Below, in pieces: positions 25,680-32,000 of a stretch of DNA of 32,000 nucleotides. The stretch lies in sequence record OR515479.1; one strand, 5' to 3'. The translations under genes and the position numbers were made by a program. The DNA comes from Citrobacter phage Tr1. Positions within the stretch are counted from its first letter, which is position 1, and each line of letters begins with the position of its first letter. The notes under the pieces are model-generated. The model was not told the DNA's origin. It did not search any database and saw only the letters and a list, made by a program, of their open reading frames with translations.

Positions 25680-25901
25680 TTAGAAAACCCTCATTAATAT
25701 TTCCATGGTTACATCTGAGTGCATCAGGGAATCGATCTCAAAACGAGAATACCCTTTGTCCAGAAGTTCTGCAACTGCTTTTCCAGTAGCTTCACGAAAA
25801 TCTTCCAGACATTTCTCTTCAAGAATACCTGGTGTCCATTCGATATTGCTAGGCGGTGTACGCATAGCGTCACCAGTTCTCTGAAACTCTTTATTCATCA
25901 C
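25680..25901 (-). CDS. hypothetical protein
   Basis: 73 aa ORF, minus strand, dense packing with neighbours. Confidence 0.5.
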   Translation of the reverse strand: MMNKEFQRTGDAMRTPPSNIEWTPGILEEKCLEDFREATGKAVAELLDKGYSRFEIDSLMHSDVTMEILMRVF

Positions 25902-25909
25902 ACAACCTC

Positions 25910-26146
25910 CTAAATAATAAAAGTCTCGAAGGTAATACGAACAACCTTCTTCTTACCACCTAAAGATAAACAGTGGTGTATTTCTAAGGAAGTTTCCAGA
26001 GAAGTACCTACTTCCCTGTACGCATGTACGATAACATCGAAAGTTGCTTCTGCGTGTGGACGTTTAACTCTAAGGTAATGTCTACCAATCAAATCAGTTA
26101 TTCCACCACAATCACCTACTGGCTTACGCCAACGTGTACTTTGCAT
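25910..26146 (-). CDS. hypothetical protein
   Basis: 78 aa ORF preceded by GGAGG. Confidence 0.5.
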   Translation of the reverse strand: MQSTRWRKPVGDCGGITDLIGRHYLRVKRPHAEATFDVIVHAYREVGTSLETSLEIHHCLSLGGKKKVVRITFETFII

Positions 26147-26352
26147 ATTACCTCCTGTTCCAAGTTATAAGGAAGAACACTTGTTCATGTAAAGCTTGCC
26201 AGCCTCCCGCCGTAGTTCCGAAGATCGCAACTCTTCGCTTGAACCGTGTCACGTTTCTTCTTGTTGATATGATCAGTATATCTAAGTTGAACACTCACAC
26301 ACCCGTATGTGCAGACGGTTTTAACGACAAACAAATGCCCTTCATTATAAGT

Positions 26353-26426
26353 TGGAGGATGGTATGGGATTTTAACCCATCTAAACTGGTTTGCAATCAG
26401 TCACATAGACACTCTGACAACCACCC
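26353..26426 (-). tRNA. tRNA-Cys(GCA)
   Basis: GGGTGGT/ACCATCC, ACTGA-TTGCAAA-CCAGT, ATGGG-TTAAAAT-CCCAT, discriminator T, CCA. Confidence 0.85.
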
Positions 26427-26435
26427 CATAGAAAA

Positions 26436-26513
26436 TGGTGTGAATACTGGGACTCGAACCCAGATCATCTCCGTCACAGGGAGGAACGTTAACCTAGTTA
26501 CGCTCATATTCAC
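26436..26513 (-). tRNA. tRNA-His(GTG)
   Basis: GTGAATA/TATTCAC, CCTCC-CTGTGAC-GGAGA, CTGGG-TTCGAGT-CCCAG, CCA; a G precedes the 5' end at position -1. Confidence 0.85.
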
Positions 26514-26913
26514 CATTGAGTTGAAATCTGTGCCTCCGGCGCTACTAGTGACCAGATTTCCTGTACAGTTGTGACAAATGCTTCAAAGCCATGGTGTCCG
26601 GTGCTCCACACCTGCCACATTCTCGCTGTATCGAGCTAGAAGTAAGCCTTCTAGTGCAGTTTAGTTCACACCTGTCAAGGTGCTTCTCTTCCGAGATAAC
26701 CACTCTCGTAGTTGCTGACAAACAACTCGTAGAATGAATACTAATCAGCCCGTCCTACGTTATCAGCCATTGGAGATTTGCAACTCTCTTCCTGACCTAT
26801 CCGATTCAGATGCTGTCCCAACAACATATTGTTGTGCACACAATCATGCCTTCGCAACATCTAACGTCTTAGAAAATAAGACGGGGTGATTAATACTCAT
26901 TATACGAACAGTT

Positions 26914-27002
26914 TGGTACGGGTAGTGAGATTCGAACTCACAGGAGAATTCTCTCCGAGGGATTTTAAACCCCTTGCGTACTGCCAATACCGCCATACCC
27001 GC
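26914..27002 (-). tRNA. tRNA-Leu(TAA)
   Basis: GCGGGTA/TACCCGT, AGGGG-TTTAAAA-TCCCT, long variable arm, CCA. Confidence 0.93.
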
Positions 27003-27006
27003 ATCG

Positions 27007-27084
27007 TGGTGGTTCCACCTGGTTTCGAACCTGGACACTCTCGGTTATGAGCCGAGTGCTCTGACCAACTTGAGCTATGGAACC
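27007..27084 (-). tRNA. tRNA-Met(CAT)
   Basis: GGTTCCA/TGGAACC, CTCGG-CTCATAA-CCGAG, CCA. Confidence 0.93.
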
Positions 27085-27176
27085 AATATACAGCATCCCG
27101 AAGAATGCTGTCAATACTTTTATCGATAAACAGTTGCAGCCATTCACCGAAAGTTTACTCTAAGCAAGTAAGAGTC

Positions 27177-27467
27177 TTATGCGTAAACCGACAAATCTAA
27201 ATCACCAGAGTTACGACGCTCAACCAGCGCGTTAACCAGTGCAACAGCAGCTTCTTCTACCGCTGGGAGTCCCATTTCCTGCATCAGTGCAGAGAAGTGA
27301 ATAACATCCTTTTCGGTGTTCAGGGTAACGCTACCGTCTTCGTTGATAACAACTACTTCTTCCAAATCGAACAGGAAGATCACAGTGCCTTCGTCATCTT
27401 CGAGCAGATGCTTGGACAGCAGGATTTCGTTCTCAGTCAGTTCAAACTCATTGATTGCTTCGTTCAT
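27177..27467 (-). CDS. hypothetical acidic protein
   Basis: 96 aa ORF between tailspike and tRNA array, good ribosome-binding site. Confidence 0.65.
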   Translation of the reverse strand: MNEAINEFELTENEILLSKHLLEDDEGTVIFLFDLEEVVVINEDGSVTLNTEKDVIHFSALMQEMGLPAVEEAAVALVNALVERRNSGDLDLSVYA

Positions 27468-27544
27468 ATTTTCTCTCCTTCGTTGTTGTTTCAGTGGTTG
27501 TATCTTAGCAAACTTTAAGTCTGAAAGTCAACCACTTTTTTCAT

Positions 27545-27570
27545 TTATTTTTAAAAGGGGCTTTCACCCC
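27545..27570 (-). terminator. terminator after tailspike gene
   Basis: Minus strand AAGGGG-TGAAAG-CCCCTT-TTAAAAAT. Confidence 0.65.
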
Positions 27571-27575
27571 TTCCA

Positions 27576-30500
27576 TTATGCTAGTGCAGTAGTGCTCTGC
27601 CACACCCAACCGTTACGTCTTCTCACAAACACAGCAACAATGTTATTGGTTGTGATTTCAAAGGTTTGAGTCGTACTCTCATCAGGGTTTTTAGCCATAA
27701 GGAACAGTGTTCCGGTATGAGCCGCAGTCCTGACAATCGTTACAATACACCCTTGAGGAACGTTGTTAGCCAATGAAGCATAAACTTCACCACTTCCTGT
27801 GTAGTCGTAAGTAGCCAACGTTTGAGTTGGTTGCTGTACAACAGGCATTAGTAGCTGGTGGTCATCGTTCGTCGGTTCAAAGTATAGGTAAACTGGGAAC
27901 TCTTCTGCCACTTTCGCAGCTTTACCTACAATCCACTCACCTTGTATCACATACGTACCACCGACTAGAACTTCTTTTTCGTCGTAGTAAGCTGTGATTA
28001 TTTCACCTGGTGCAATATTGTAGATAGTTTCCTGTGTTCCGTCAGCTTTGTCAACCTGTAAAATCAATCCGTATGTAACACCGTTGTTAATGGTATCAAA
28101 CGAACGGGCAATAACAACCTCTGCTCCTTTCTCAAACTTCAATCGCTTACTGTTATCCCAGTTCCAAGCTCCAGTTACAGGAAGGCCAACATATGTGTCT
28201 TCTGTAAACGGGCGGTTGAAGATAGAAGTAGCTTTCGTCAGTCCTTCTTCGATTGCAGCAGCGTGTTTGTTACTTGCGTCCAACACACGTACAGTTTCTT
28301 CTGCTTTCCATCCACCAGTACCAACATAGTTGAAACGAGGTCTTCCGTAGAAGTCGTTTGGGATATCCAGACGTAAGGTGATTGGTGCTCCGGCTCGCAT
28401 CCACAACTTGTACTTAGTCATCGGCTCACCAGTGATTGGCAAGAGGTTACGTACACGTTGCGCTACATTTGGGTTTGTATCAAATGGTACAGGGTTTGGC
28501 TTCCATTTACGACCAAAGCACGTAGTACCTCTATCGTTCACGTCAGCACGTGCCATTAAAGGCAAGTCCACATATTCACTGTACTGGTACGGGCTACGTC
28601 CACGGTACAATCTCAGATAACCGATATCCGGCGTTTCTTCCTCACGGTAGAAGGAAGGAACTGGACGGTAATACTGAGTGAAAGAACTACCAGAAATCGG
28701 ATCAACCGCAGTTTCTGGTGCTTTCAGGAATACGTGTGCTTCATAACGTACACCAGTGTCGTTCTCTTGTGCATCCAGTACGTTCCTTTCACGCTGGTTA
28801 CGACCTAGCGGAATGAAGTCTGGTCCTACAGTTGAGTCACCGATATCAGCGATATACTGTGCATAGTAATACAGGTCGATACCAGAGTCAAGATCCCAGT
28901 TACGAATACTTGAAGATTTTGTGTTATAAACTTCCTGAACACCTTCAAAGCCGTTCCATGTAACCAGCATTTCTTTCTGCATCAGTTTACCGTTTACAAT
29001 CTGGCAATCCTGAGACAGATACGGACTCCAACGATCCCAACCAGGGAATGGTACAATAGTTTCGTCACGTAATCCAGAGTATAATCCAACTGTCAACCCT
29101 ACAGCTAAGTTGTTGTCACCAACGTCCCAACCTTGGAAGCAGTCTTTAATATCTACTGAATAGTTACCAGCAAGAGCAACATCGTAGTAACCTTCTTCTT
29201 CTGGGTAATGCGCACCGTCGAAGCCTCTGTGGAATTCACAGTTTTTCAGGCTTAGTTGTGATGAAGGACCACCACCGAACGGACCAGAGTAACAGTTAAT
29301 AGAGTTGTATTTTGCTCCAGTGATTTTGGAGAAGTAGCAACCGTCTACAATAGCAGAACCAATGTGTAGGTTGATTTGTCCAAACTCGAAGTGACAAGCT
29401 GAGATCATAACCTGACGATAACCGAAGATTGAGATATCCCCGTTAATCACACGTTCAATCTGCATTCCTGCCCCAACATAGGAAATCATTTCCTGAGAAC
29501 CACCTTCACCTGGTGGGCGAATATCCCAAGAAGCCCAGTTGTGTAAACGGATACCTTTAACAACACCGTTCAGGTATTCACCTTGAGGCCACATGTCATC
29601 AGGTCCAGGGTTAGCTGGTGGATGGTTTACTGGGAACTGGATTTGTTCAATGTTGATTACGTCACCAGATCCGTTGAAGTCTAACTGATACTCTAGGTTT
29701 TCCAGTGGGGTGTTACATTTGTAGTCAATGATTCTCCATCCATCTGTGTAGTAGTCGAGCCAATCGACACCAGGACGGTGATACATTTGCGAAATACGGT
29801 CGCCTGTAGTACACTCAAAGCAACCACCACCGAACACCATTGCTCCACGAATACCACGGAGATAGTTTGGTGCATACCAGTTGGTTGAGCCGTCAGCGTA
29901 AGTACCATAGGCTGTTTCATAGTTTGATAAACTCATGCTTGACATTCCACCAACGTAAGGTGCAATATAGATTGTCTCCGCAGGAGTAGAACCAACAGGA
30001 ATCTCTTCTGTACCAGGCCAGAACTCGTTACCGTTGAAGATAAACATGAAACCACGAACGTAGTTATTTAAGTTACCACCTAAGTGTGGTTTGAGTGGGA
30101 TAATATCAACAACACGACCAGGAGAACCCCATGAGTCTCCACCACATAAAAGAACGTTAGCTCCGATCCAAATGGTTTTGGTAATAACGTATCGTCCGTT
30201 TTCAATATGTAGGATTGCGTTTCTACGAACTTGATAACCACCTTCACCTGAACTAGACAAGTTAGTTGACAGGTGTGCCTTAGCAAACTTACCAGCCTTA
30301 TCTAAACCGAAGTCATGGTTAACACCACGTAGAAGATACTCATCTTCATCCTGTACTGGATCTTCCAATCCTAGTTGTCCAGCCCACAACATATCATAAC
30401 GCAGGATAGCAACCAGGTTATTCTGTAATGCGTGATCTCCTCCTGCATAGTGTGGACGGCTGTTTATGATCTTTGTTTCCCCATCTGGCTTCCATGTAGG

Positions 30501-30800
30501 GTTTGCTATTGCTGCTCTGTACTCGTCTAAGTCCCAAATATCGTACTCTGCTCCACCATGCCCTGTGGCTTTGTGGTAGCCTCTTGTTACCGCTACAGAA
30601 CCTTTTACTAAGGCTGTAGACGCTCGCATATTTGCGACGGTATCAAAGAACATCGAACCTCGGGATACAATCCCAGAAGACTTCATAAAAGCTTCGGCAG
30701 CAATCTTTCTAGTCGAACCTGCCTGTTCAATGATTAAAACATCATTGCCAGTAACGTTCGTTGCAGAGGGAAGGTCTGCAATCTTTACTGTATCTACCAT
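27576..30800 (-). CDS. tailspike / beta-helix protein, candidate depolymerase
   Basis: 1074 aa. N-terminal MVDTVKIADLPSATNVTGNDVLIIEQAGSTRKIAA adaptor, then repeated parallel-helix-like turns (NAILHIENGRYVITKTIWIGANVLLCGG; INLHIGSAIVDGCYFSKITG; LSLKNCEFHRG). Confidence 0.75.
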   Translation of the reverse strand: MVDTVKIADLPSATNVTGNDVLIIEQAGSTRKIAAEAFMKSSGIVSRGSMFFDTVANMRASTALVKGSVAVTRGYHKATGHGGAEYDIWDLDEYRAAIANPTWKPDGETKIINSRPHYAGGDHALQNNLVAILRYDMLWAGQLGLEDPVQDEDEYLLRGVNHDFGLDKAGKFAKAHLSTNLSSSGEGGYQVRRNAILHIENGRYVITKTIWIGANVLLCGGDSWGSPGRVVDIIPLKPHLGGNLNNYVRGFMFIFNGNEFWPGTEEIPVGSTPAETIYIAPYVGGMSSMSLSNYETAYGTYADGSTNWYAPNYLRGIRGAMVFGGGCFECTTGDRISQMYHRPGVDWLDYYTDGWRIIDYKCNTPLENLEYQLDFNGSGDVINIEQIQFPVNHPPANPGPDDMWPQGEYLNGVVKGIRLHNWASWDIRPPGEGGSQEMISYVGAGMQIERVINGDISIFGYRQVMISACHFEFGQINLHIGSAIVDGCYFSKITGAKYNSINCYSGPFGGGPSSQLSLKNCEFHRGFDGAHYPEEEGYYDVALAGNYSVDIKDCFQGWDVGDNNLAVGLTVGLYSGLRDETIVPFPGWDRWSPYLSQDCQIVNGKLMQKEMLVTWNGFEGVQEVYNTKSSSIRNWDLDSGIDLYYYAQYIADIGDSTVGPDFIPLGRNQRERNVLDAQENDTGVRYEAHVFLKAPETAVDPISGSSFTQYYRPVPSFYREEETPDIGYLRLYRGRSPYQYSEYVDLPLMARADVNDRGTTCFGRKWKPNPVPFDTNPNVAQRVRNLLPITGEPMTKYKLWMRAGAPITLRLDIPNDFYGRPRFNYVGTGGWKAEETVRVLDASNKHAAAIEEGLTKATSIFNRPFTEDTYVGLPVTGAWNWDNSKRLKFEKGAEVVIARSFDTINNGVTYGLILQVDKADGTQETIYNIAPGEIITAYYDEKEVLVGGTYVIQGEWIVGKAAKVAEEFPVYLYFEPTNDDHQLLMPVVQQPTQTLATYDYTGSGEVYASLANNVPQGCIVTIVRTAAHTGTLFLMAKNPDESTTQTFEITTNNIVAVFVRRRNGWVWQSTTALA

Positions 30801-30912
30801 AAAGGTCTTTCTCCGAAATGTGTTTATAGTTAGCTATATTTAGCTCCATATTACATGGTAACAGTTTTAATGCCAACTTGTCAATAGGTGATTTGAAATA
30901 TTTCTGAAAGGA

Positions 30913-31155
30913 CTAGTTGAAGTCTGCCTCCTCATCACTACTACCCAGGGAGGGTAAGAGAAGGTCAGTTATATACTGATGGTGATAAACCCTTTCGGGG
31001 CTATCGTCAAATGCTGAGCCTGTACAGATTGAACAGAGGTCTGATTCTTGAATAACTCCGCTCTTATCTTTACGGGAGTGATTCTTCAAATACCTATTAC
31101 AAGCTCGGCATCTAAAATAAAAGTTATGTTGTTTCATAGATCCTTCAAACCCCAA
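30913..31155 (-). CDS. small Cys-rich protein, zinc-ribbon-like
   Basis: 80 aa with CRAC...CSIC; start may be the internal MKQHNFYF. Confidence 0.55.
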   Translation of the reverse strand: MGFEGSMKQHNFYFRCRACNRYLKNHSRKDKSGVIQESDLCSICTGSAFDDSPERVYHHQYITDLLLPSLGSSDEEADFN

Positions 31156-31209
31156 GAGTGGGGAGGTGAATGGTATCTCCTCACTCTTAGTTTAGCATGA
31201 AGGTTCTAT

Positions 31210-32000
31210 TTAGTCAATACGGATTGTAGAACAAGTGCGTAACACTTCGTGATTCACACGTGCACGAATGTCCTCAAAGTTCTCGTCACGTCCGTCAACT
31301 TGCGGGATAAACAACTCACCATTGCGGAAGATTGTTTTCAGTTCATTGTCTTCTGCGCACGTTTCTTCGAATGTGCAGTTGTCAATCAACTCCAGATCCC
31401 CAGCCTTATTGCGAACAACTTTGATGTAACCTTTCGCTGAACGTTTACCTGGATCAGTTTTCGGTTCCTTGCTCACAAGGATTTCTTTACCAGCAATACG
31501 AGCGCCAGTTGCTTTTACAGCAAAGCCGAAAGTATCACGAGTGTTCATCTGGTAAGTGTAAGAGCCAACACCGAACACAACGTTCATAGATGCGAACCCT
31601 TTCTCTTTCAGACGTTTCAGGATCTCCATTTCACGTTTAACAGTGATGGAGTCACCATAAATCAGACCAATATGGGTATCCAGTTCTTTGAAACCTTTAT
31701 CGTTAACAACACCACCGAAGATTTCCCACAACACTTGGATGGAGCCTTCAGCTTCATGATATGGAATCTCACAATCTGTATCAATTTGCGTCCAGTCTGA
31801 CCATTCTACTACTCGGTAAAATTTGCCGTTAATTTTTACGGCCTCATATCCATAGTAAGCCTCCGCATCATATGCTTCATCTTCTGATTGATAGTCAGTA
31901 CCATTCCATTTATACCCAGCAACTACTTTAACCGGATCACCTGAGTTACCACAAACAAGTACACAGGAGTTACGTTTTACAACAATTCGTCCGGTAGGCA
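31210..32000 (-). CDS. nadV: nicotinamide phosphoribosyltransferase (NAMPT/NadV), 3' part of gene
   Basis: The track ORF (31734 GTG start) is the tail of an ORF open to the window edge: PTGRIVVKRNSCVLVCGNSGDPVKVVAGYK...GSIQVLWEIFGGVVNDKGFKELDTHIGLIYGDSI...NVVFGVGSYTYQMNTRDTFGFAVKATG...KTDPGKRSAKG. Confidence 0.88.
   Translation of the reverse strand, partial: PTGRIVVKRNSCVLVCGNSGDPVKVVAGYKWNGTDYQSEDEAYDAEAYYGYEAVKINGKFYRVVEWSDWTQIDTDCEIPYHEAEGSIQVLWEIFGGVVNDKGFKELDTHIGLIYGDSITVKREMEILKRLKEKGFASMNVVFGVGSYTYQMNTRDTFGFAVKATGARIAGKEILVSKEPKTDPGKRSAKGYIKVVRNKAGDLELIDNCTFEETCAEDNELKTIFRNGELFIPQVDGRDENFEDIRARVNHEVLRTCSTIRID

Noticed and set aside
26134-26574. Plus-strand 146-aa ORF
   Set aside because: Antisense across tRNA-Cys and tRNA-His (NTGTRTQI-like translation); no ribosome-binding support.
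22885-27084. CRISPR-like array suggested by many regularly spaced similar TTCGAA-type motifs
   Set aside because: The repeated motif is the conserved tRNA T-arm; no direct repeats with unique spacers.
26844-27147. Minus ORFs 26844..27038 and 26965..27147
   Set aside because: They read through tRNA-Leu(TAA) and tRNA-Met(CAT); chance open frames in tRNA sequence.
31210-31734. Track ORF as a complete 174-aa protein
   Set aside because: The GTG start is internal; the frame stays open to the window edge with continuous NAMPT-like sequence.

Overview
This 32 kb window is the structural module of a large tailed phage with a contractile tail (myovirus morphology, probably infecting Enterobacteria; host is inference). 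Every gene I support lies on the minus strand. In transcription order from the right edge it holds a nicotinamide phosphoribosyltransferase (NAMPT/NadV) fragment, a beta-helix tailspike, a tRNA array of about 4.3 kb with an HNH endonuclease and small ORFs, a possible small terminase, Rz/Rz1-like spanins, an intein-split large terminase, portal, XkdF-like protease, scaffold, decoration protein, major capsid, head completion proteins, tail sheath, tail tube, tail chaperones with a likely -1 frameshift, tape measure, baseplate and tail fibre. The main points for follow-up are: (1) a 158-aa mini-intein exactly inside the TerL Walker A loop with a non-canonical Gly-Asn C-terminus; (2) two long-variable-arm (type II) tRNAs carrying anticodons TTC and GTT, which normally belong to Glu and Asn; (3) a NAMPT whose RPDSG(N/D)P active-site motif reads CGNSGDP; (4) a T TTT TTC slippery site joining the tail chaperone ORFs; (5) degenerate or truncated tRNA-like elements and structured non-coding gaps in the tRNA array; (6) small ORFs missing from the supplied track, and an HNH gene that may start at AUA. 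All product names are judged by eye from sequence motifs and synteny. No database search was run.
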